Assembly (NCBI GenBank): GCA_965240325.2
Contig: OZ251222.1
Location: 3,410,001-3,474,000, forward strand
Origin: Rebecca billardiae RCC1528
Taxonomy: Eukaryota; Protista; Haptophyta
Direction: 5' to 3'
DNA length: 64,000 nucleotides
Numbering within the stretch: the stretch's first letter is position 1; each line of letters begins with the position of its first letter. The position numbers were made by a program, and so were the translations under genes. Under the pieces are notes generated by a model that made no database searches, was not told the DNA's origin, and was given only the letters and a program-made list of their open reading frames with translations. Shown here in pieces: positions 10,786 to 19,670 of this stretch.

Positions 10786-11847
10786 TCAGGTGAAGTCCAG
10801 GCCTGGGCCAGGCTTGAACACAGAGATGCCGCCGCGCACCACGCCTTCGGGCTGCCCACGCAGCATGCCCACCTGGGCGATGTACTTGACACCGGCACGC
10901 GGCGGAAGCCCGGCGTGGAGCACGCGGTGGCGGAACACGAGGGCATGCCCACGGGGCAGCTCCACGTCGATCGCGGAGTCGTCGTATTTGCCCTCGGGGA
11001 AGAGGCGGGTGGCACCTCCGTCGAGCTGCGCCCGGTCAGAGAGCGAGACGAGAAAGGTGTGGGTTGAGTCGCAGCGCGCCTTTCCGTTGGGCTCGCCGTC
11101 GGGGCGGACCGTCAGCGAGTCGGCCTGGTCATAGTGCGCGGCGAAAAACTCACCCGCCTCGTACTTTGCTATCCGCCAATTGGGGTGGAGTGCGCGGACG
11201 GCCGTGTGCGGGGCAGACTGCTCGATCGCCGTGAGCAGCTGCTCCGGCAGGCGTGGCGCCACGAGAGCCGAGAGCTCCGGGGCACAGTAGTTGCCCGTGC
11301 GCTTGTTCGTACGCAGCTGGAACGTGCCCGTCTCTTTCCTGTTCGCCTCGATACCAAACGCCTCGCCCGCGTGGATGATGTCGTCGCACTCGGCGGCCGT
11401 CAGCACACCTGCCACCACCCACGCCTGCCCGCGCACGATTTCGACCACGGCGCCGGGGGCCTGGGGTAAGTTGTGCGCGCCATAGGCCTGCGGTACGGGC
11501 TGCGCGATGTGCTGCCAGAACGTCTCAGCCAGGCGCTCCTTGCTCTGCGGTGAGAGGGGCTGTGGCAGCTTGTGTTTGCCCGCGCCTTGCTCGTCGGCAG
11601 GCGGGGCTGGAGGAGGCGGGCGTGGTGGTTGCAGGAGAACGGCGTAGAGAGCGGATTCTGGACCGATGGGACGCTCCAGGTCCGTCAGCAGGACCTCTTT
11701 GCGCTCGTACAGGTTGGCGCGTCGCTCGTCGGTCTCCACGACCATGGCGCCGTGAAAGACGATCGGCGGGTCAAGCGGCCGTGACGGGTGTGAAGACGGC
11801 CGCCAGACGTCAGAGGGGGTTTCGTCTTCTGATTTACGATTCTTCAT
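10786..11847 (-). CDS. 2-oxoglutarate/Fe(II)-dependent dioxygenase, prolyl-4-hydroxylase-like fold
   Basis: Motifs VLTAAECDDII, RIAKYEAGEFFAAHYD (HxD), GGATRLF and GHALVFRHRVLHAGLPPRAGVKY (distal H...K). Start codon uncertain. Confidence 0.85.
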   Translation of the reverse strand: MKNRKSEDETPSDVWRPSSHPSRPLDPPIVFHGAMVVETDERRANLYERKEVLLTDLERPIGPESALYAVLLQPPRPPPPAPPADEQGAGKHKLPQPLSPQSKERLAETFWQHIAQPVPQAYGAHNLPQAPGAVVEIVRGQAWVVAGVLTAAECDDIIHAGEAFGIEANRKETGTFQLRTNKRTGNYCAPELSALVAPRLPEQLLTAIEQSAPHTAVRALHPNWRIAKYEAGEFFAAHYDQADSLTVRPDGEPNGKARCDSTHTFLVSLSDRAQLDGGATRLFPEGKYDDSAIDVELPRGHALVFRHRVLHAGLPPRAGVKYIAQVGMLRGQPEGVVRGGISVFKPGPGLDFT

Positions 11848-12138
11848 GTTCAGTCTGTTCACGGGTGCGCACGGTCATTTCACAGGCCGACCCTTGCCCT
11901 TGCCTTGCCCTTGCCTTGCCCGTGCGGCAACGGTCACCCCCGCCCGGCCCGGGCGGGGGATGGCCAACCGTCGTCGTGGGGGGGGGCGAAAAAAACGGCG
12001 CCGCCGCCGGCCAAAGTGTGTGCTGCAAGTTTATAATCTGGACGAAGACTAGTCGCTACGGGGCGAGATGGACGGATTGTCTAGACGGATGTCAGCATGC
12101 GAATGTCGCGGCGAGGCGGTACCACGTGCGCAGCCTGA

Positions 12139-13795
12139 CTACAGGCTGTGCCACGCCTGCTCTGCCCACTCGAGCATGACCTCGTGCGGCTTGGGACTGC
12201 GCGGGAAGCACACGACGCGCGCGCCGTCCGGCAGCTCCTCGGCGCACTCCGAGTTGAATTCGACGATGTGGCCAGGGAAGAGCGCCTGGAGCGTGTCGGG
12301 AGCGCCGCCGGTGGGCGCAGCCGCGCGACCACCGGCCGGCGCCGGGGGTAGGAGCATCTCGAGCCAGTGGTCGAACCGCAGCAGGTGCTTGAAGACAGCG
12401 CCCCCGATGAGGCCGTCGTGCAGCGGCGACAGCGCGGCGCCGCACGCGGACGCGTCCCACAGCATCACGCTCGAGTTGTACCCGCTCGGGTTGTCGGTCT
12501 CGCAGGCGAACGAGCCGGTGGAGAGCGTGGCGAACGGGCCGTCGTAGCTCAGCAACTCGTCGAGGCTGCCGACGATGATCGTGTCGAGGTCGAGGTACAG
12601 CACGCGGCCGCTCTTCACGGCGAGCGGGCCAAACAAGGCGGCCTGCGTGCGGGGCGGGGCGGCCGGCGCGCGCGCGCCGGGGACGGACGAGTGGCGCGCG
12701 TACGCGGCGAGGTCAGCGGCGTGCCGGCGTGCGTGCGCGCGCGTGCGTAGGGCGGCGACTCCTCCGGCCGCGCCGCGCCCGCCGCCCCTCGCCCCGCCCG
12801 GCGGCGCGCCGCACCTTGTACCACCAGCCGTCCCAGTCGGCGACGCCGCTGAGCTGCACCAGCTGCACGTCTGGCAGCAGCCCGGCGCCGTCGTCCGTGT
12901 AGCACACGAAGCGCGGCTGGCAGGTGGTGTGCGCCCGCACCGCCTTGTACAGCTTGTTCACGTACTGCGCGCCGTACTTGGTCCCCCACTTGACGCACAC
13001 CACCGTGAGTGCCGGCGCGGAGGACCATCGGCCGAGCCAGCCGGCCGACCGCGCCACCGGCTTGGGCGCCACTGCGGCGGGCAGCGAGATTGGCGCATAC
13101 CGCTTGCCGCCCGCCGCCTCGATCGCTCGCCAGGTGTGCTCGTAGGCCTCGTCGGCGCGCCCGCACGCGCGCAGCGCCGCGTTCAGGTTGTAGTGCGCCT
13201 CAGAGTTGATCGCCTGCGCCGCGGGCGCACCGCGCTGCTCGGCGCGCGCGCGCTGTAGCTCGATCGCCTGCTCGCTCATCGCGATGGCATCGGCGGCGCG
13301 CCCGGCCGCGAGGTACGCGACGGCGAGGTTTGTGGCGGTCTCGACTGACGCAGGCTTCAGCTCGAGCACGCGCTCGTAGTGCGGCAGCGCGCGCGCCGGC
13401 TCCCCCAGCTGCTGCAGCGTGTTTGCCAGCTCATAGTGCGCGAGCGCGTTCTGCGGGTTGAGCTCGACGGCCGTCTCGTAGTGCGAGATCGCCTTGCTCA
13501 GCCGGCCGGACTTGAAGAGGAGCTGGCCGAATTGCACGTGCGCACGCGCCTTCTCGCGTCGTCGCTCCTCCGACTTGGCCACGACCGGTGAGTGCACTGC
13601 GGGCGCAGCCGAAGCTGGCGCGCCGGGCAAGCGCCGCGAGATCAAGCGCACCTTTGGCTTGAGTGGCACGGCGGATGAGCGGGGCCGCCTGCGTGCGCGT
13701 TGGGCCAGCCACCACGCCGCCGCGGCGGCGCTCGCCACGGACACCACCCACAGCGCGCGCTCGTGCGCAGCCGTTGGCAGCGCGGCGTGCTGCAT
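12139..13795 (-). CDS. TPR-repeat plus GT-A (DxD) glycosyltransferase-like protein; exons 13795-12815 and 12642-12139
   Basis: N-terminal hydrophobic anchor and about four TPRs (AISHYETAVELNPQNALAHYELANTL). Then VVCVKWGTKYGAQYVNKLY, CYTDD, GWWYK|AALF, VLYLDLD, YNSSVMLW and VVCFPRSPKPHE. GT-AG intron 12643-12814 restores the frame. Confidence 0.85.
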
Positions 13796-14170
13796 GTCCC
13801 CGGCGCGCCGCTTCCGCTTTGCGGCGCGGGTACGCCCTTCCGCTCCGCTCCGCTGGGACCGCCGTCGTCGTCCGGAGCCCAACTGTGGAGACGAACGGCG
13901 TTCGTCGCCTTTTCTCCCCCGAACCCGTCGCTCGGTTTGTGCGATGAGACTGACCAACGCCCTTCCGCCGCCGCGCGCGGGGCGCGCGGAGCCACCGCCC
14001 GCGCAGCCGCCGCCGCGCTGGCGCGCCAACGCCTGCGCCACGACCGGAACTTGGCGGATAAAGTATGATTGTACCGCATCATCACTTTGAATCCTCAGCC
14101 TGCATCTAGGATTCTAGCAACCCGAAACAATCCAGTCACCGGCCGGACAGACGCAAACTCGCAATGTGCA

Positions 14171-15268
14171 ATGGCGGGCTTCGGGCGCATGCGGCTCTGG
14201 CTTCATTGGTCACTGCTCGTGCCCACATTAGGGGCTGGGATCTCCGGTGGCCCGCCGCTTCGGCGGGACGTTGCGACAGCCCTCTACCAGCACTACGTGC
14301 GCAACGCGAGCGCGAACGCCACCGCGAGGGTGCACGTGGGCGTGGTCGGCTCAGATGGGCATGGCGCCCGATTACGCCCAGCGGCCAGCTATGCGCGCGC
14401 GCTGACCAGCAGCCGCCTCGTGGTCACCTGCTCCCCGGACCCGTGGGAGGGCGACTCTCGCCTCGGCGAGGCGCTCAAATCGGGTGCGCTCGTGCTCTCT
14501 GACAGGCTGCTCGACCCACTGCCAGGACTGGTTGATGGCACGAATGTCGTGTTCTACGATTCGATTGAAGACATGCTGTCCAAGGTGGCGCATTATCTCG
14601 CGCACCCCGACGAGGCCGAGCGCATCGCGCGGCTCGGCCCAAGGGTCGCGCCTTTGCCCGCTCGGCTCATCGAGCACGTCCTTGGCACCGCCGGGCTGCT
14701 TGACGCGCCGGGTCCGCAGCCTGTGCGCGTCTTTGTCGAGGTGCCCAAGAACATTGCGCACCACCCGGGCACGTTTCAGACGCTCCTCGATGGGATCAGC
14801 GATTCCAAGCACGCGACGAGAGTCCACACGGTCGCCCAGGCCGATGCGATCGTCATCGACCTGATCGAAGTGGATCCGGGTATGGGCAGGTTCTACAAGA
14901 AGCGGGGCGAGGTGAAGCGCACGCTCGACCGCAGGTGGCCAGAGATCCAGAGCGCGCGCGCGGACGGCCAGAACGGCACCACACCTGGGCATTTCGTACG
15001 AGGGAAGGCACTCCCCGTCATTCTCGCGCTGGACTACTGGGATTCCAGGAGCCTCAAGGTCAAAGACCCGCGCCTCGACTACTACTTCAAGCGATCGCGC
15101 GTGCACCGGCTCCCGAGGCCGCACTGGGCCGCCAGTGCCAACCTCACGTTCCCACTCTTCTATGCGGTCAAGAAGCAGATCACCAGGGAAGTTCACAAGC
15201 AGATCGAAAAGAAGCCCAAGTGGGAAGCGAGAGAGAAAGACTTGAGCTGCTTCTTTAGACCTTCATAG
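14171..15268 (+). CDS. Secreted/Golgi glycosyltransferase-like protein (Glyco_trans_1_2/YkvP-like module), apparently permuted
   Basis: Signal-like MRLWLHWSLLVPTLGAG. Motif YARALTSSRLVVTCSPDPWEGDSRLGEALKSGALVLSD...VVFYDSIEDMLSKVAHYLAHPDEAERIARLG. The second half contains ILALDYWD, YYFKRS and REKDLSCFF. Confidence 0.75.
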   Translation: MAGFGRMRLWLHWSLLVPTLGAGISGGPPLRRDVATALYQHYVRNASANATARVHVGVVGSDGHGARLRPAASYARALTSSRLVVTCSPDPWEGDSRLGEALKSGALVLSDRLLDPLPGLVDGTNVVFYDSIEDMLSKVAHYLAHPDEAERIARLGPRVAPLPARLIEHVLGTAGLLDAPGPQPVRVFVEVPKNIAHHPGTFQTLLDGISDSKHATRVHTVAQADAIVIDLIEVDPGMGRFYKKRGEVKRTLDRRWPEIQSARADGQNGTTPGHFVRGKALPVILALDYWDSRSLKVKDPRLDYYFKRSRVHRLPRPHWAASANLTFPLFYAVKKQITREVHKQIEKKPKWEAREKDLSCFFRPS

Positions 15269-15715
15269 CCAGTGCGGTCCGATGGTGCCTGGCGGCGCCA
15301 CCGATTCGGCGTCGCGGACCGGTTGCCAACAATAAATAACATCGGCGCCGGCGGGCGGCACACACGGTATAGGCTATAGCTAGTGCATCATCATACTGGC
15401 TGATTAAACAGTCCGTCCGCGGGGTTTTATTATTCGTCTGTTTCCGGCCAATAAAGGCGAAGATCGATCGCGGGGCCGGCCGGGCCGCATAATAATCGGC
15501 TTCTGGCGCTCCAGCAGCCTGTGGCGCGGGCATCCATCAGCCTGTCTGCCTGATCAGATCAGCCACTCTGACTCGCGTCTAGTCCTGCGTTCGAGTTTAC
15601 CTGCGTCGCCGGCGCCTGCGGCTCGCACGCGGGTGCCCGGGTGGCAGACGATGACGAGCGCAAGCGCGTGTAGTATATACCGATCATCACAGCAGTAGTA
15701 GAGTCAGCAGCATCA

Positions 15716-18700
15716 TCAAGTGCTAGGGCGTCGTTGGGCGCCGCCGCCATCCCGAGCGCCGCCTGCGGCTGCATCAGCTTCCCCAGCGACGCGTGCCGCG
15801 CGCGCTGCGTCGATGACCGTGGGTGCGCGTGGCTGCGTGGCTGCGGGTTCCGTTGGCGTCGGCGTGATGCGTGTCACCGGTTGCGTGCGTGACGCCCACC
15901 GCGAGGGGGCGCCGGCCGCGGCGCCACCGCCGCTCCAGAAGGCGCCGACTCGCTCGCGCGCTGCCGACCAGGGCGTGGCCATCGGCGCAGCGCCCGACTC
16001 TGAAAACGCATACGCGCCGCCCGCCGCATTGGCTGAGCCGTCAGCCGCGTCTGCGAGCGTCGCGGCAGGGTACTCGGGGCCGGCGTCAGGCTCCGCGGGC
16101 ATCGACGGCGGCAGGAGCGGCGGTGGCGCCCCCGCTGCGTCCCCAGCCGAGCTTGGCACGGGCAGTGGTGCGGCGCTCTCGCCGCGCGCCCTGAGCGCCT
16201 CCGGCAACGGCGGCGGCTCGGCCACCGTGTCGCCCGGGATCGGCGGCAGCATCACGCGGCGGCCAGGCGGCGGCCGCCCTGCCGCCACCGTGCCATCCTC
16301 GTAGCCTGGCGGCGGCGCCGACTCGAGCGCCGCCGCGCCCGGCTGCGCGTCGCCCGCGGCCAACACGGCCGCCACTGCCTGCTCGGCCGCGGGCTCGAGC
16401 ACGACGACCGCCGGCGCACCCTCGAGCTGCGGCACTGAGCGCGGATCGGTCCAGCTGGTCTCGCCGCTCGCCTCGTTGAAGAAGTAGAAGCGCGAGGACC
16501 TCGCGTCCGGGAAGGCCGTCCACACCTGCCGCGGGTCCCACGTCACCGTGCCGGATGTGCGCTCCTCGTAGTACCACGCGTCGCGCGCATCATCGCGGTG
16601 CGCGCGCCATATTCGCACCGAGCCCGCGGCTCGCGCGCCGGCGAGGACGGCAAGTGGGTCCGGAGGCGGCGGCGGGCGTGCAATCGCCTCGGCCGCGGGA
16701 GGCGCGTGCGGCCGCGTCCCGGGGGGCTTCGCCATCGCTCTCGGCGTCGGCTGCCCATCCCCCGCGTCGCCGTCCGCCGCGCCTTCGGCCTCCTCCTGGC
16801 GAGGCGGCGGCGGCGGCGGCGGGGCCGGGTCGTCGGCGGCCGTGCTGCTTCGCTTTGCGCGCGCGCGGCGCAGCAGCAGAGCGACTGCGCAGCACAGCAG
16901 CAGCCCGCCGCCCACGGAGATGGCGATGATCACGCCGAGCGGCACGGCAGCCTCGTCCAGGCCGAGGCCGGGCGCGAGCGGCCCGCCGCCGACGTCGTCG
17001 TCGTCGTCGTCGCCGCCGCCCCCGGCCTCCGCGCCTGCGGGCGGCGCGCTCGGGGGCGGCGCGTTGAACGGCGAGGCGATAGCCGGGACCACCTGCGCGG
17101 CCACCACGTCGGAAAAGGCCAGCACGGAGCCGTAGGTCGAGACGAGCGCGCTCAGACCCGCCGCGCCCGCCGCGCCCACCCTGCGCACCTGCGCCGCCAC
17201 CGCCCTGATCGCCTCGGTGAGCGGCCCCTGGATGGCGCGCTGCACCCGGGCCAGGCTGCTCAGCACGGAAGCGAGGTCCGCGCCCTGCAACCGGCGGCGC
17301 GCGCCGCCGCCGCCCGCGGTGTCGCGCACCTCGGCCAGCGCGTCAGCTAGCAGGCCGAGGCCCGTGCTCACGCCGAGCGAGACCGCGTCCAGCAGCTCCG
17401 CGGCCACCGTGCCGTTGGGCGCGGCGGCGGAGGGCGAGGACACGAGCTCTGACAGCAGCGCCGCGACCGCCGACGCGTTGTAACCAAGCTCGGGCGCGCG
17501 GCCCGGCACGGCCGACGCGGCCGTGCCAAATGTGGAAGCGCGCACCCACCACTCGGCCAGCAGCCACTGGCCGCGCTCGGGCCCGCGGAAGGAGGGCGCG
17601 AGCCAGCCCGCGCTCTCGGGCTGCGCCGCGGGCGGCGGCTCGAGCAGCGCCGCCGCCACGCCGCCGAGGATCGAGAGCTCCATCGACACGCGCAGCGCGG
17701 CGCTCGCAGCGAGCACATCCTCGCCCGCCCAGAGCGCGCGCAGCGGGTCCCACTCCAGCACGGGCCACGGCGCGCCCGCGCTGAGGGGCGGCAGCTCGTA
17801 CCACGCGCGCACGCGCGCCTCGATCAGCTCGATCGCCGCCGCCTCCACCGCGGCGCCCTGCACGGCGGCGGACGCGTTGGCGTAGCTGTACACGCCGAGC
17901 GGCCCACCCTCCGCGCCCGCCTCGAGCGCGCGCGAGAGCACGAGCAGCGTGCTGAGTGGCGAGAGGACCAGGCGCTCCGCGCGCCCCAGCAGCAGCGGCG
18001 CGAGCGGCGCGTACAGCTCGGCGCTGCCGTTCAGCCCGGTGTACGCGTCCACGCACTGCGCCGCTGTGCTCGCGTCGGGGGCCGGCGCCGCGGGCGCGAG
18101 CACGAAGAGAGGCGCTCCCCGCGCGGCGAGCGCCGCAGAGCTCGGCTCGCCGGTGGGCGGCGCGATGGGCGCGGCCGACGCGAGCTGTGCGTGCAGCCGC
18201 GCGGCGACGGTCGCGTCATCCGCGTGCGCGCTCGCTCGCAGGTCGGCGAAGCCGTGCACGTCGGTGAGCCCGACCGGCTCCTCGGCCGCGTCCAGCACAC
18301 CGTCTGCATTCGCGTCGAGGCCGAGCGCACAGCCAGACAGGTAGCCATCGTATGCCGTGCAGAGGTGCGGCCACAGCGCGGGCGGAGGCGGCGCGAGCGG
18401 CAGCTCGAGAGGCGGCGGCGAGGATGGCGGCGGCGGCAAGCCGGGCGGCGGCCGCGTGCCGATCGAGCCGTCGATGCTGCCGTCGATGCTGCCGCCGATG
18501 CTGCCGTCGATCGAGCCATCGATCAGGTCATCGGGGGGCGGCGATGGCGGCGATGGTGGCGACGGCGAAAAAGGAGGCGGCGGCGAGCTCGGTACCGGCG
18601 GCAATGGTGGCGGCGCGAGTTGCAGCGCTGGCGGCTGCCCGGGGCTCGGCGCCGGCGCAGGCGGTGGAGGGCTGGAGAGCACCGCCGGGATCGGCGTCGG

Positions 18701-19198
18701 CGACGGCACCGCGGGCACGGGCACGCTGAGCGCCGCGCCGGGCGCGCTGAGCTCCGGCCCGCCCAGCCGGTTTGATGACAGCAGCTCTGGCTGCATGGCT
18801 GCGAGCGAGAGCGCGTGCGGGGGCGTGGAGGGCACGCCTGGCAGAGAGGTCACCTCCGGCATGGAGACCACCTTGGGCAAGTGCACCAAGTCGACTGTGG
18901 ACATCACGTCTGGTGCCAGAGAAATGACTGGCAACGAGATGACCTCAGGCGCGCGCGGTGCGATTGGCGGTGACGGAGGCGGGCTCGTCACGAGCGGTGG
19001 CCGTGCGGGAGAGGGCGGCATCGACAATGGCGGTGGTGGTAATGGCGGTGGCGGTGCAGGCGGAGGCGGTGAGGGCGGCGGAGGCATCGGTGGCGGTGGT
19101 GATGGCGGCGGCGGTGATGGCGGTGATGGGGCCGGCTGAGGCGCTGCCGCTCGCGCGCCGCCGAGTGCCAGCAGCAGGAAGATGCGTGCGGAGATCAT
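15716..19198 (-). CDS. Pro-rich type-I surface protein with DGY...DANADG motif domain, RRRL site, TM helix and two cytoplasmic WW-like domains
   Basis: Signal MISARIFLLLALGGARA; SPPP tracts; YDGYLSGCALGLDANADGVLDAAEEP; LVLSPLSTLLV; ARRRLQ; TM VIIAISVGGGLLLCCAVALLL; WYYEERTSGTVTWDP and FYFFNEASGETSWTDP. In-frame upstream ATGs exist up to 19366. Confidence 0.8.
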   Translation of the reverse strand: MISARIFLLLALGGARAAAPQPAPSPPSPPPPSPPPPMPPPPSPPPPAPPPPLPPPPLSMPPSPARPPLVTSPPPSPPIAPRAPEVISLPVISLAPDVMSTVDLVHLPKVVSMPEVTSLPGVPSTPPHALSLAAMQPELLSSNRLGGPELSAPGAALSVPVPAVPSPTPIPAVLSSPPPPAPAPSPGQPPALQLAPPPLPPVPSSPPPPFSPSPPSPPSPPPDDLIDGSIDGSIGGSIDGSIDGSIGTRPPPGLPPPPSSPPPLELPLAPPPPALWPHLCTAYDGYLSGCALGLDANADGVLDAAEEPVGLTDVHGFADLRASAHADDATVAARLHAQLASAAPIAPPTGEPSSAALAARGAPLFVLAPAAPAPDASTAAQCVDAYTGLNGSAELYAPLAPLLLGRAERLVLSPLSTLLVLSRALEAGAEGGPLGVYSYANASAAVQGAAVEAAAIELIEARVRAWYELPPLSAGAPWPVLEWDPLRALWAGEDVLAASAALRVSMELSILGGVAAALLEPPPAAQPESAGWLAPSFRGPERGQWLLAEWWVRASTFGTAASAVPGRAPELGYNASAVAALLSELVSSPSAAAPNGTVAAELLDAVSLGVSTGLGLLADALAEVRDTAGGGGARRRLQGADLASVLSSLARVQRAIQGPLTEAIRAVAAQVRRVGAAGAAGLSALVSTYGSVLAFSDVVAAQVVPAIASPFNAPPPSAPPAGAEAGGGGDDDDDDVGGGPLAPGLGLDEAAVPLGVIIAISVGGGLLLCCAVALLLRRARAKRSSTAADDPAPPPPPPPRQEEAEGAADGDAGDGQPTPRAMAKPPGTRPHAPPAAEAIARPPPPPDPLAVLAGARAAGSVRIWRAHRDDARDAWYYEERTSGTVTWDPRQVWTAFPDARSSRFYFFNEASGETSWTDPRSVPQLEGAPAVVVLEPAAEQAVAAVLAAGDAQPGAAALESAPPPGYEDGTVAAGRPPPGRRVMLPPIPGDTVAEPPPLPEALRARGESAAPLPVPSSAGDAAGAPPPLLPPSMPAEPDAGPEYPAATLADAADGSANAAGGAYAFSESGAAPMATPWSAARERVGAFWSGGGAAAGAPSRWASRTQPVTRITPTPTEPAATQPRAPTVIDAARAARVAGEADAAAGGARDGGGAQRRPST

Positions 19199-19670
19199 TG
19201 ACCCGTGGAAACAGCGTTGCGCCATCGCTATCCGCGTGGTCCGTATCCTCCTCGCGCCTAAGCTCGCGTCCCGTCGCGCGGCATGGGCTGCCGTGGCGCG
19301 GTGCTCCCTGGCTGGCTGCAGCGTGGCTGGTCCGGCAGCGGACGCGATGATGCTCGCACGAATCATTGCTGGTTCGTAACGGAACTGCGGAGAACTGACC
19401 GCCGTCGTCGTGCGCCGTGAAACCGTTTTTCGTTCTCAGAAAGAGCGCGAGTGAGCGGGGGAGCCCGCAATTCTGAACCGGACTGATGCCCGATGATGAA
19501 TACGAGCGCAAAGCAACGGCTGGCGCAGGCGCCGCAGACGGTCAGCGCAGCATGCTTGCACTTCTGTACGACGACGCCTGTCGCCTGGCCCTCGACGCTG
19601 CGAGCGCTCCGAGTCAGTTCACGAGCTGGGCCTGGCGGCAGGTCAGTGATAGAGCGCAGCAAGTAGGCGA

